From positions 1 through 33,422 of IMG/VR virus record IMGVR_UViG_3300031519_000112: a stretch of DNA of 33,422 nt; one strand, 5' to 3'. The notes under the pieces are model-generated. The model worked only from the letters and a program-made list of their open reading frames with translations. It had not been told where the DNA came from and made no database searches. Source of the DNA: a virus (taxonomy: Duplodnaviria; Caudoviricetes). The position numbers were made by a program, and so were the translations under genes. Of the stretch, positions 24,583 to 32,695 are shown in pieces. Positions within the stretch are counted from its first letter, which is position 1, and each line of letters opens with the position of its first letter.

Positions 24583-24622
24583 GGTTTAATAAAGCCACCT
24601 CGAAAAGTGACTTGATAAAGCT
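24583..24622 (-). other. long imperfect intergenic hairpin, RNase III-site-like
   Basis: AGCUUUAUCAAGUCACUU-UUCG-AGGUGGCUUUAUUAAACC. G-U pairs form only on the minus strand, and there is no U tail. Confidence 0.55.
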
Positions 24623-24623
24623 A

Positions 24624-24800
24624 CTAGGCGAAATAGTCATTATTAAGGTTAAGCGCCATTGATCCATTTGAATGCGGCATAGCAGTCATTACTTGCGTAC
24701 CATCATCATCAACGGCTTTCCACCACCCATCGTTATTGGTCACTGTAAACCCACCGTCCTTCAACTGCTTAATGATCGGCTTCAGGTCTTTCTTGCTCAT
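24624..24800 (-). CDS. small early protein, HicA-like pattern
   Basis: Probable start MSKKDLKPIIKQLKDGGFTVT...GWWK...DG..V.T.MPH after CAGGT. Lacks the HicA GSH histidine. Confidence 0.5.
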   Translation of the reverse strand: MSKKDLKPIIKQLKDGGFTVTNNDGWWKAVDDDGTQVMTAMPHSNGSMALNLNNDYFA

Positions 24801-24811
24801 AAACCTGACCA

Positions 24812-25096
24812 TTACAATGCACCCAGCTGGCAACCGTAGCCGTAATGAGCCTTGTATTGCTTATCGATGTTAACTTGCTCACGCTTGGGTAACTGATCCC
24901 AAATGGCGTAGCACTTATCAATGAGCCTGTTAGTTGCGTACTCTTTCTTGGTCTCTGCTTTATACAGTTTGTCTTCATCTTCAATAAGATCAATGGCCGC
25001 AGTCATGGCATCTTCAGTCTCGACCAATTTACGATCAGCCGCAAGGTAACGCTTCACAAGGGAAGTATAAGATGAATTAATAGAAGTAATGAACAT
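24812..25096 (-). CDS. hypothetical protein, first gene of the early operon
   Basis: 94 aa, AGGT RBS, directly downstream of a sigma70 promoter. Confidence 0.65.
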   Translation of the reverse strand: MFITSINSSYTSLVKRYLAADRKLVETEDAMTAAIDLIEDEDKLYKAETKKEYATNRLIDKCYAIWDQLPKREQVNIDKQYKAHYGYGCQLGAL

Positions 25097-25128
25097 GTAT
25101 GTACCTATATATAAATGAATGTCTGGTT

Positions 25129-25157
25129 ACAATACTCACTACTTTAACAACTGTCAA
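25129..25157 (-). promoter_or_regulatory. sigma70 early promoter
   Basis: Minus strand TTGACA-17 nt-TATTGT. Confidence 0.7.
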
Positions 25158-25240
25158 CAATGTTATTAATCTTTTTGTAACCTATAAGAGGGGAGAGAAC
25201 AAAGGAATACTCATTTAAAAGAAACAATAGAGGGATTAAA

Positions 25241-25249
25241 TGCTATAAT
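25241..25249 (+). promoter_or_regulatory. extended -10 promoter for terS
   Basis: TGCTATAAT (TGn-TATAAT), about 84 nt upstream of the terS start. Confidence 0.6.
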
Positions 25250-25288
25250 TGGTCAAATAATGATCAATGTGGTCAGAAAATGATCAAT
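25250..25288 (+). repeat. tandem direct repeat with about 10-bp sub-periodicity
   Basis: TGGTCAAATAATGATCAAT and TGGTCAGAAAATGATCAAT. TGRTCA occurs at 25250, 25261, 25270 and 25281. Confidence 0.7.
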
Positions 25289-25332
25289 CAAATCAACACT
25301 TAAACAATTAAAAACAGACAAAGGCGCACAAT

Positions 25333-25641
25333 ATGGCACGTCCCAAGGGAGCATTAGGCAAGAATAAGACGTTTTTACTCAATAGACTGCAGGCAATGTA
25401 CGGTAAATCATTCGATCCTGTAATGAAGATGGCAGAACAAGCTGTAACACTGGATCAGTTAGCACTGGAAGACCCAAGCGTCACCAACCAGAAAGAATCT
25501 ATCCACGCATGGGGGAAGATAGCAGAGTTCGTTACGCCTAAGCTAAAGGCTACAGAGATCAGCACAGGTGACGGAGGACTGACAGTCAGCATACAGCGCA
25601 AGAAGTACGACGGCTCAGCCAATGAACCCGAAGAAGTTTAG
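25333..25641 (+). CDS. terS: terminase small subunit (putative)
   Basis: MARPKGA..K N-terminus and IAEFVTPKLKATEI motif. First gene of the packaging operon. Confidence 0.7.
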   Translation: MARPKGALGKNKTFLLNRLQAMYGKSFDPVMKMAEQAVTLDQLALEDPSVTNQKESIHAWGKIAEFVTPKLKATEISTGDGGLTVSIQRKKYDGSANEPEEV

Positions 25642-25726
25642 AAGTCTAGACGGCTAAAGGTACCCCCCCCCTCCGAAGGCGAGTGATGTGTATGTATATA
25701 TGTCCCCCACGAAAAAAAATTGAATC

Positions 25727-25930
25727 ATGTCTATAATAAAGTTCCCTGACCGAGAAGACATACTCAAAGAGGCCATAGAAGCTTCTGTAAGCCGTTCTAA
25801 GGACTTTATTTTAATTTCGATAGGGGATGTAGGGGTTGAGGTAGGAAGTACGCTTACAAGTGAAAGAGAGTTGTTTTACTTAGAATTAGCGAAAACTCTT
25901 GTAATCAAAGATTGGTTGGGGGATGATTAG
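25727..25930 (+). CDS. hypothetical protein
   Basis: 67 aa beginning MSIIKFP. Confidence 0.6.
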   Translation: MSIIKFPDREDILKEAIEASVSRSKDFILISIGDVGVEVGSTLTSERELFYLELAKTLVIKDWLGDD

Positions 25931-25933
25931 GAA

Positions 25934-26116
25934 ATGATTAGTTTAAACACAGATGAGATAGTAAGCGATACAGACTACGAGTTAATTGAAGCGTTTTGTT
26001 TAGCGTTGATTGATAAAGATTCTTATTCGATGAACGAAGTTTTATATTTGTTAAACGAAAAGATGAATTTAGAATGTATTTGTTTGGAAGAGGATTGTGT
26101 TTGTGGGAGTTGGTAA
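25934..26116 (+). CDS. acidic Cys-rich hypothetical protein
   Basis: 60 aa ending ECICLEEDCVCGSW. Confidence 0.55.
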   Translation: MISLNTDEIVSDTDYELIEAFCLALIDKDSYSMNEVLYLLNEKMNLECICLEEDCVCGSW

Positions 26117-26294
26117 GGGTTTGATTCATAAACTAGATAAGAAGACTCGTAATAGACATTTCCCTGAATCGAATGGTGGTAAGGGTAGTCATGCTAGAAA
26201 GTCTACAACGAATAGTCGAGAGTCCTTTAAGTCTAACTATGATGAGATTGATTGGTCATACACAGGCAAGAGTTATATAAAGTCTATTAATTAG
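26097..26294 (+). CDS. small basic hypothetical phage protein (start uncertain)
   Basis: GGKGSHARK...FKSNYDEIDW motif recalled from small phage proteins found near terminases. Confidence 0.55.
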   Translation: MFVGVGKGLIHKLDKKTRNRHFPESNGGKGSHARKSTTNSRESFKSNYDEIDWSYTGKSYIKSIN

Positions 26295-26302
26295 GAAAAG
26301 TC

Positions 26303-26674
26303 ATGCCATTATTAAATAAGCAATTAGAACCTTTTGACCCTGCAAAGCATAAGCCTCAAGATGTAGGTTTAGGTGGGCCATCTACTGAGTACATAAGCAC
26401 TGTAGATTCACCAGAAGGTGGAGTTATGAATATTCCAACTATTTGGTGGGACGCTAAAGGAAAGCCTACTTTATTTGACCCTAAGAACAAAACCCAATTA
26501 AAAAAAGCCATTCAGCTTTCTATAGAATACGAAAAAGAAACAGGCAAACAGTTTCCGCGTTATGGTGCTGGGGCTTATCAAGAAGCTACAGATGCGGCTA
26601 TACTGCGTTCAAATGCAGGTGGCGCTACTCAAGGGCCGTTAGCTAAAAAACCAGATAATTCCCTCCTACCATAA
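26303..26674 (+). CDS. hypothetical protein
   Basis: 123 aa, AGGA RBS, stop overlaps the terL start. Confidence 0.65.
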   Translation: MPLLNKQLEPFDPAKHKPQDVGLGGPSTEYISTVDSPEGGVMNIPTIWWDAKGKPTLFDPKNKTQLKKAIQLSIEYEKETGKQFPRYGAGAYQEATDAAILRSNAGGATQGPLAKKPDNSLLP

Positions 26675-28131
26675 TGCAGATAGAATATAACTTAATGGCT
26701 CAAGGCCAAGTTCTTCAAGACTTTAACGACTGTCGTGCTAGGAACTCTTTTATCATGGGGCCATTGGGTTCAGGTAAGACGGTTCAATGTATTCTAAAAT
26801 TATTTGACCTGATGTGTGAGCAAGCCCCTGTTAAGGATAAGGATCATAAGAACTATGGTGTCCGACTCTCTCGTATTATCGCGGCTCGTAACACTTATTC
26901 TGAACTGTTCTCTACCACGATTAAGGATTGGCTTGAAATCCACGGAGAGTTAGGTGATTTTAAACAAGGTAACAAAGAGCCTCCTACCCACTTTATCCGC
27001 TTTAAACTAGAAGATGGCACCAGAGTTGAGTGTGACATTATCTTCATTGCCTTTGATCGCCCTGAACACGTTAAGAAAGCGCGAGGTATCCAGACTACAT
27101 GGGTATGGTTAAACGAGACTAAGGAACACGCTAAGGCTGTTCTGGATATGCTTGATCTACGTCATGGAAGATACCCTTCAAACAAGGAAGGTGCGCGTCC
27201 TACACATCATGGCATCATAGGGGATAGTAACGCTCCTGATGAAGACCATTGGTATTTTAAATTAGCAGAGATAGAGCGTCCTGAAGACTGGGCTTTCTAT
27301 CGGCAGGCTGGGGGTGTCCTCAAAGATGGTGAGAGTTGGATAGTCAATGAAAAAGCTGAGAACCTTGATAACCTTCCTGAAGGATATTATCGCAGGGGCT
27401 TACAGGGGAAAACCGATGATTGGATTAAGGTAAACCTTGCTAACGAATATGGCTTTGTGTCTAACGGTAAACCTGTCCACCCTATGTATACTGATTCAGT
27501 ACACTGTCAACACTTGGAATTTAAGCCTGATAAAGATACTCCTATTGTTCTGGGCTTTGACTTTGGACGTACCCCTGCGTGTGCCTTCTTACAACGTACC
27601 TCGATTGGCCGTTGGGTATGTTTTGACGAGATCGTGTTAACAGACTCTGGTGCTGTGGACTTTGCGCCTACCCTGAAAAGATACATTGAACAGACCTACC
27701 CTAACCACAACTTTAAAGGCTGGGGTGATCCTTCTGGAAATAATAAGAACCAGTCTAATTCTGAAACTCCTTTTCAAATTATGAGAGCCGCTGGCATTCC
27801 TTGTAATCCTACAAACTCTAACGACCCTATGAAGCGTAGAGCCGCCCTAGAAGTCCCCATGAAAGAGATGTGCATGGATGGTAAGCCTAGATTCATTGTC
27901 CTGCCTAAAGCGTCTATGATCCGTAAGGGCTTGCAAGGTGGTTTCTGCTATCGTCGTGTCCAGACTTCTGGCGAAAGATACACTGATGAACCAGATAAGA
28001 ACGAATATTCCCACCCAGTAGAAGCTCTTGAGTACGCTTTACAAGGTGAGGGCGAAGGTCGTTCCGCTTTAAGTCGTGCTGGTGGATTTTCTAAGACTCA
28101 CACAGCGAAGATAAAAGTAAATGTCTTCTAG
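26674..28131 (+). CDS. terL: terminase large subunit
   Basis: Walker A GPLGSGKT, Walker B WVWLNE, nuclease motifs LGFDFG and GDPSG, and C-terminal SHPVEALEY. Confidence 0.95.
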   Translation: MQIEYNLMAQGQVLQDFNDCRARNSFIMGPLGSGKTVQCILKLFDLMCEQAPVKDKDHKNYGVRLSRIIAARNTYSELFSTTIKDWLEIHGELGDFKQGNKEPPTHFIRFKLEDGTRVECDIIFIAFDRPEHVKKARGIQTTWVWLNETKEHAKAVLDMLDLRHGRYPSNKEGARPTHHGIIGDSNAPDEDHWYFKLAEIERPEDWAFYRQAGGVLKDGESWIVNEKAENLDNLPEGYYRRGLQGKTDDWIKVNLANEYGFVSNGKPVHPMYTDSVHCQHLEFKPDKDTPIVLGFDFGRTPACAFLQRTSIGRWVCFDEIVLTDSGAVDFAPTLKRYIEQTYPNHNFKGWGDPSGNNKNQSNSETPFQIMRAAGIPCNPTNSNDPMKRRAALEVPMKEMCMDGKPRFIVLPKASMIRKGLQGGFCYRRVQTSGERYTDEPDKNEYSHPVEALEYALQGEGEGRSALSRAGGFSKTHTAKIKVNVF

Positions 28132-28459
28132 GGTATATGTTGTCTTTGAAGATGATGAAGATAGATGGTGGTCGTTTTTCTTAAAAAAGGAAGTTCGGCA
28201 CTGTTATTTGATAAAACCAACAGGAAATGACTTCATTGTGTACGGAAAAAACTCAAAAGGCTTTGATTTGTTTACGGTTAAAGACGAAAAGAGTATAATC
28301 GAGGGCATATATACGATAAAAAGCTATATACCTAAACAATGTAAGCGTCCGTTATTTATGCTGAATACTTGTGTAGGACATACTAAGCAGATATTAGGAA
28401 TCAATAATCCTTTTATTTTAACTCCATATCAATTATTAAAACATCTGAGGAAACAATAA
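28121..28459 (+). CDS. conserved phage protein, possible permuted papain-like fold
   Basis: RHC...NTCV...K.ILGI....LTPYQL, with His preceding Cys. Confidence 0.55.
   Translation: MSSRVYVVFEDDEDRWWSFFLKKEVRHCYLIKPTGNDFIVYGKNSKGFDLFTVKDEKSIIEGIYTIKSYIPKQCKRPLFMLNTCVGHTKQILGINNPFILTPYQLLKHLRKQ
28271..28299 (+). promoter_or_regulatory. candidate internal promoter for the portal operon
   Basis: TTTACG-17 nt-TATAAT inside the 28121 ORF. Confidence 0.45.
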
Positions 28460-28788
28460 TGGGATTTCTAAAACGACCTAAAGCCCCTGAGCCAACAGCA
28501 CAAGAACTAGCTGGCGTAGCGCGTCAGTCTCGTATGCTTGATGAAGAGACAGAAGAGATGGAAAAGAGATTAAAGGCGGCGGCTAGAGGAAAGCTAGGGT
28601 CTAAGTCATTGTTAGCTAAAGCTGGAGGTTCTAAATCTGGCTCTAGTTCAACAGGACGTAGTGGCGGTTATGGTGCTGGCGGTACTCGTGGTAATGCTGG
28701 AGTCAATTCATTTCTTAGTGGCTCTAGTGCTGGTGGTACTAATACTCGTCTTCAAACTGGCATGTTGGTTCGCGGAAGTAAAGCATGA
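28459..28788 (+). CDS. small basic Gly/Ser-rich virion protein upstream of portal
   Basis: MG...PKAPEP N-terminus, coiled coil and low-complexity tail. Occupies the T7 gp7.3-like position. Confidence 0.6.
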   Translation: MGFLKRPKAPEPTAQELAGVARQSRMLDEETEEMEKRLKAAARGKLGSKSLLAKAGGSKSGSSSTGRSGGYGAGGTRGNAGVNSFLSGSSAGGTNTRLQTGMLVRGSKA

Positions 28789-30356
28789 AATTACCCAAAG
28801 AGTTAGGCTCGTTACAAGATTTAAAAACAAGAGAGCAGAAAGCATTTCAGAAGATGGCTTTATGGCACGATCTTCTTGATGATGCTTATGAATACTTCCT
28901 GCCTAACCGAAACCTGTTTGATGATTTCTCAACAGGCCAGAGAAAGATGGATAGGATATTTGACTCTACTGCTATTGAAGCTATCCAGCAGGGTGCAAGT
29001 AAGCTACAGGAAAACATTGCTCCTATCTGGGGAAGCTGGGCAACCTTTACTCCCTCTACCAGTGTCGTAAATTTGTTAAACTCTGGTGAGTATGATGTAT
29101 CAGAAGAAGAGATTAGAGCTAACCTAGAACAACAAGCAGTGATTGTTTTTGATTACATTAACCGATCTAACTTTGGCACACAGTTCTTTGAACACGCACT
29201 AGACCTTTTGATTGGTACAGGCACATTAAGAATTGATGAAGACGAAAGCGATGATATGCCCATCATCTTTAATGCTATTCCGCAGAAAGGTATTGCCTTT
29301 GAAGAAGGGCCGCATGGCTCTATTGAGACTCATTGGCGTAGATTCACTGTTAAGGCGCGTAACTTAAAGCGTATGTGGAAAGGATTCAAAGCGTCTCATA
29401 CAGTTAAGAACCTTATAGACAATCAGCCTGATGCTGACGTAGAGATTAGCGAGGGTGTTGTTTACATTCCTTCCTCTAGGACTTACTACGGTTGTGTATG
29501 GGTTACAGCAGAAGACAGAATTAGCTGGCAAGAAGACTTTGGTAAATCAAGTCCGTGGGTTACTGGTCGTTACTCTAAAGTAGCTGGAGAGATTCGTGGT
29601 CGTGGCCCTGCTATCCAAGCCCTTCCTGATGTCCGATCTCTCAACAAAGTAAAAGAGTTTGTCCTACAGAAAGCCGCTATTGACCTATCAGGTATGTACA
29701 CTGCTACTGATGATGGTGTGACTAACCCCTACAATATTGTTATAAGTCCAGGAGTTGTTATTCCAGTAGGTTCTAATAACTCGTCTAACCCTTCTATTCA
29801 GCGGTTGGACACAGGTACTAACTTGCAACTAGCGCAATTTGAGATGAATGAGCTACAAAACTCTATCAAACGTGCTTTGTTTAATGATTTGCGTGATCCT
29901 ACTGGCCCTGTTCGCTCTGCTACTGAGATTGCTATTGACTCAAGAGAACTAGCCAAGCGTATTGGTTCAGCCTTTGGAAGACTACAGACAGAAGTATTGG
30001 TTCCTATCCTGAAGCGTGTTGTTCACATCTTGACTCGTCGTGGACTACTTCAGCCTATCCAGCTAGATGGTCGCGATATTGAGATTAAATTCTTATCACC
30101 TTTGGCAAAAGCACAGGATGGTGAGGATATTATCAATGTCCAACAAGCTGTTCAGTTTGTATTGCAGAATGCTGGCCCTGATCAAGCTAAGATTGGTTTC
30201 AAGCTAGAAGACTTTGGTACATGGGTAGCCGCTAAAACTGGTATGCCTGCTGAGTTGGTTCGTTCTGATACAGAGAAAGCACAGATTATTCAGGCTGGTG
30301 CTGAAGCGGCACAACAAGGCATTCAAACCTCACAAGCTCCGATGCAAGTTCAATGA
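28785..30356 (+). CDS. portal (head-to-tail connector) protein
   Basis: 523 aa with IFDSTA, GEIRGRGP, RSATEI, GRLQTE.L.P and SPLAKAQ motifs of the T7/BPP-1-type connector. Confidence 0.93.
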   Translation: MKLPKELGSLQDLKTREQKAFQKMALWHDLLDDAYEYFLPNRNLFDDFSTGQRKMDRIFDSTAIEAIQQGASKLQENIAPIWGSWATFTPSTSVVNLLNSGEYDVSEEEIRANLEQQAVIVFDYINRSNFGTQFFEHALDLLIGTGTLRIDEDESDDMPIIFNAIPQKGIAFEEGPHGSIETHWRRFTVKARNLKRMWKGFKASHTVKNLIDNQPDADVEISEGVVYIPSSRTYYGCVWVTAEDRISWQEDFGKSSPWVTGRYSKVAGEIRGRGPAIQALPDVRSLNKVKEFVLQKAAIDLSGMYTATDDGVTNPYNIVISPGVVIPVGSNNSSNPSIQRLDTGTNLQLAQFEMNELQNSIKRALFNDLRDPTGPVRSATEIAIDSRELAKRIGSAFGRLQTEVLVPILKRVVHILTRRGLLQPIQLDGRDIEIKFLSPLAKAQDGEDIINVQQAVQFVLQNAGPDQAKIGFKLEDFGTWVAAKTGMPAELVRSDTEKAQIIQAGAEAAQQGIQTSQAPMQVQ

Positions 30357-30634
30357 GTTGGTCAGAAATTAACCAATCTGCCGACCCTGCTCTTGCTAAG
30401 AAACAAGCAGGAATACGCTTACAAAATGCTTCTGATTTGGCTAAGTCTTATCACAGAGCCTTTACAACTGAGGACGGTCAGCGTATCTTGTCTGACCTGA
30501 CTAAGCGATTTGTCTACGATAACGACACTTCCTTTGGATCAGGAAACATTAATTATGAGGCCGCATACCATAATGGGGAAGCTGGAGTAATTAAGTTTTT
30601 AATCAATCAAATGAAGCAAGCTGAAATATTATAG
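30353..30634 (+). CDS. Bbp19-like conserved phage protein
   Basis: Y...F.TEDGQRILSDL...AAYHNGE..VI.F, located between portal and scaffold. Confidence 0.7.
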   Translation: MSWSEINQSADPALAKKQAGIRLQNASDLAKSYHRAFTTEDGQRILSDLTKRFVYDNDTSFGSGNINYEAAYHNGEAGVIKFLINQMKQAEIL

Positions 30635-30643
30635 GACTACATT

Positions 30644-31369
30644 ATGTTAGATGAACAGGCCGCACCAGAAGCACAACCAGAAGCACAACGCGATACCCTG
30701 CTAGATCAAGCACAACCTAGTTTAGAAGCAGGAGAGTATTTTCTTACCGATGGCATCAAAGGTACAGGCGATACCCCTGAGTGGTTGAACACTGAGAAAT
30801 ATAAATCTGTTGCCGAACAAGCTAAAGGATATGCTGAACTATCCAAACGGTTTGGTGGATTTAAAGGCGCACCTAAAGACGGTTACGCTACCCCTGAAGG
30901 TGTTGAGAAAGACGATGCTCTATATCAAGAGTTAGAAGCATTTGCTACTAAGACCAATATGAATGGCGATGCGTTTACTGAAGCATGGGAATTGTTATCC
31001 ACACAAGGCCAAGTAGCGGAAGAGTACAATCAAGAAGCTGAGTTAAGTAAGCTAGGTGACAATGCTCAAGAGCGTATTAAAACTGTTGAAGGGTTTATGA
31101 AGAACAATCTTGATGCAGATACTTACGAGAAAGCCAGAGGATTGGTTAACAATGCTGACAGTATTGAACTTGTTGAAATGCTAGTAAGGGCTACTGCTCC
31201 TACTAAGCTTCCAATGGAGGGCGGTCATAATCCAGAAGGTTTGTCTAAGGAAGCTATTGAAGCAGAAATGTTTAAAAAGGATGAACACGGCAATTTATTA
31301 AGAAGTGTTAGTCCAGAACATAACGCTAAAATCGCAAAAATGTGGGAAGCCTTTGGTGGCGACCAGTAG
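30644..31369 (+). CDS. capsid scaffolding protein
   Basis: Acidic and helical, with PEWL..EKY, AKGY.EL.K.FG and AP..Y motifs. Precedes the major capsid gene. Confidence 0.78.
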   Translation: MLDEQAAPEAQPEAQRDTLLDQAQPSLEAGEYFLTDGIKGTGDTPEWLNTEKYKSVAEQAKGYAELSKRFGGFKGAPKDGYATPEGVEKDDALYQELEAFATKTNMNGDAFTEAWELLSTQGQVAEEYNQEAELSKLGDNAQERIKTVEGFMKNNLDADTYEKARGLVNNADSIELVEMLVRATAPTKLPMEGGHNPEGLSKEAIEAEMFKKDEHGNLLRSVSPEHNAKIAKMWEAFGGDQ

Positions 31370-31376
31370 TAATCCA

Positions 31377-31406
31377 TTGATTATCATAGGGTAAAAGGTG
31401 TATAAT
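31377..31406 (+). promoter_or_regulatory. promoter for the major capsid gene
   Basis: TTGATT-18 nt-TATAAT in the intergenic region. Confidence 0.55.
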
Positions 31407-31412
31407 CCAAAC

Positions 31413-31491
31413 ACTGGATACCCTTTTCCCAAAGGCCCAGTAAATTTAGGTTGAATGCTGACCAATTTTACTGGGTACTCAGCTTAAACCT
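31413..31491 (+). ncRNA. structured 5' leader of the capsid mRNA (two hairpins plus an alternative or pseudoknot helix)
   Basis: ACTGG/CCAGT with inner CCTTT/AAAGG; AGGTTGAATGCTGA/TCAGCTTAAACCT; competing CCCAGTAAA/TTTACTGGG. Confidence 0.55.
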
Positions 31492-31534
31492 TGAAAAACT
31501 ATTTAATTTATTACTCTTTTTCGAGGACATTCTT

Positions 31535-32368
31535 ATGAGTAAGTATTTATCGTCCGTTGCAGTCACAGAATTTGACTCAATGGTAAAACACGCCTATCAA
31601 GGCAAAGGGCTTCTAAAGCCTGCTGTTACTCTGCGTAACAACGTAGTTGGTGACACTTATAAATTCCGTCGTATGGGCAAAGGCCTTGCTAACCAGAAGT
31701 CTACTTCTGATTTGGTAACTCCTATGAACGTAGAACATGAATTTAAAACTGCTACTCTAACTAACTGGAACGCTCCAGAATACACTGACATCTTTGACCA
31801 AGCAGACGTTAACTTTGATGAGAAGCAAGAACTAGCAAGCACTATTGCGGACGCTATTGGCCGTCGTTGTGACCAACTTGTTATTGATGCTTTGAATGCT
31901 TCTACTCCAGATGCTTCCGCTGTTGTTGCTGGAACTACTGGTCTTACTATGGCTAAAGTTATTGCCGCACAAGTTGCTTTGCGTGGACAAAATGTACAGA
32001 ACTCTAATCTGTATGCTGTTGTAAATGCTGATGGTCTTAGTGGCCTTTTGAATGATGAGTTAGCTACATCTTCTGACTATCAAACAATTAAAGCTCTTGT
32101 TTCTGGCGATATAAACAGCCTAGCTGGATTCCAGTTTATTATTCTGGGTAATCGTACTGAAGGTGGATTGACTGTTGCCGCTAACGTGGTTGACTCTTGG
32201 TTCTTCCAACGTGATGCTGTTGGCCTTGCTATCGGTATTGACATGAAGACTTCTGTAGATTGGGTTCCTGAGCGAACTTCATATCTATGTAACGGTATGC
32301 TTAAAGCAGGTTCTGTTGTTCGTGACAACGGTGGTCTGGTTAAAGTTCAATACAAAGATAACGTATAA
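31535..32368 (+). CDS. major capsid protein
   Basis: ATG at 31535 follows GAGGA. Motifs EFDSMVKHAYQ, AIGRR.DQLVI and LVSGDINSLAGFQF. Located after the scaffold, with strongly biased codons. Confidence 0.9.
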   Translation: MSKYLSSVAVTEFDSMVKHAYQGKGLLKPAVTLRNNVVGDTYKFRRMGKGLANQKSTSDLVTPMNVEHEFKTATLTNWNAPEYTDIFDQADVNFDEKQELASTIADAIGRRCDQLVIDALNASTPDASAVVAGTTGLTMAKVIAAQVALRGQNVQNSNLYAVVNADGLSGLLNDELATSSDYQTIKALVSGDINSLAGFQFIILGNRTEGGLTVAANVVDSWFFQRDAVGLAIGIDMKTSVDWVPERTSYLCNGMLKAGSVVRDNGGLVKVQYKDNV

Positions 32369-32379
32369 GGAGAGTCATC

Positions 32380-32637
32380 ATGGCTTTTGCAAGATCAGGT
32401 TTATGCCGCATTGGCGGTTCAGGAACAGGTGGTTCAACTTGGCAGTATTCTACTGCTGATGCTAAAGCCGCTATTGTTACATCAGGATACATGAATGCCG
32501 CTTATGACGAAGTAGCTTTGGGAGACGTAATCACTTGTGTTACTTCTACTACCCCACCTACAGCTTTTATCACTTATGTTAAGGTTCGTGCGTCTGACGT
32601 TGTAGGATTAGCTGGTGGTTCAGTAATCACCGCGTAA
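32380..32637 (+). CDS. small capsid-associated (decoration-like) protein
   Basis: 85 aa, AAGGAG RBS, co-transcribed with the capsid gene up to the terminator. Contains W.YSTAD....I..SGY.N......GDVI. Confidence 0.65.
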   Translation: MAFARSGLCRIGGSGTGGSTWQYSTADAKAAIVTSGYMNAAYDEVALGDVITCVTSTTPPTAFITYVKVRASDVVGLAGGSVITA

Positions 32638-32652
32638 AGTAGTAAACTGACT

Positions 32653-32676
32653 GGGGGGTTCGTCCCCCCTTTCTTT
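32653..32676 (+). terminator. intrinsic terminator after the capsid genes
   Basis: GGGGGG-TTCGT-CCCCCC-TTTCTTT. Confidence 0.8.
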
Positions 32677-32695
32677 AATAACTTAAGGTGTATGT

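Noticed and set aside
31451-31534. N-terminal extension of the capsid protein from TTG at 31451
   Set aside because: It lies within the structured leader, and the ATG at 31535 has a proper GAGGA RBS.
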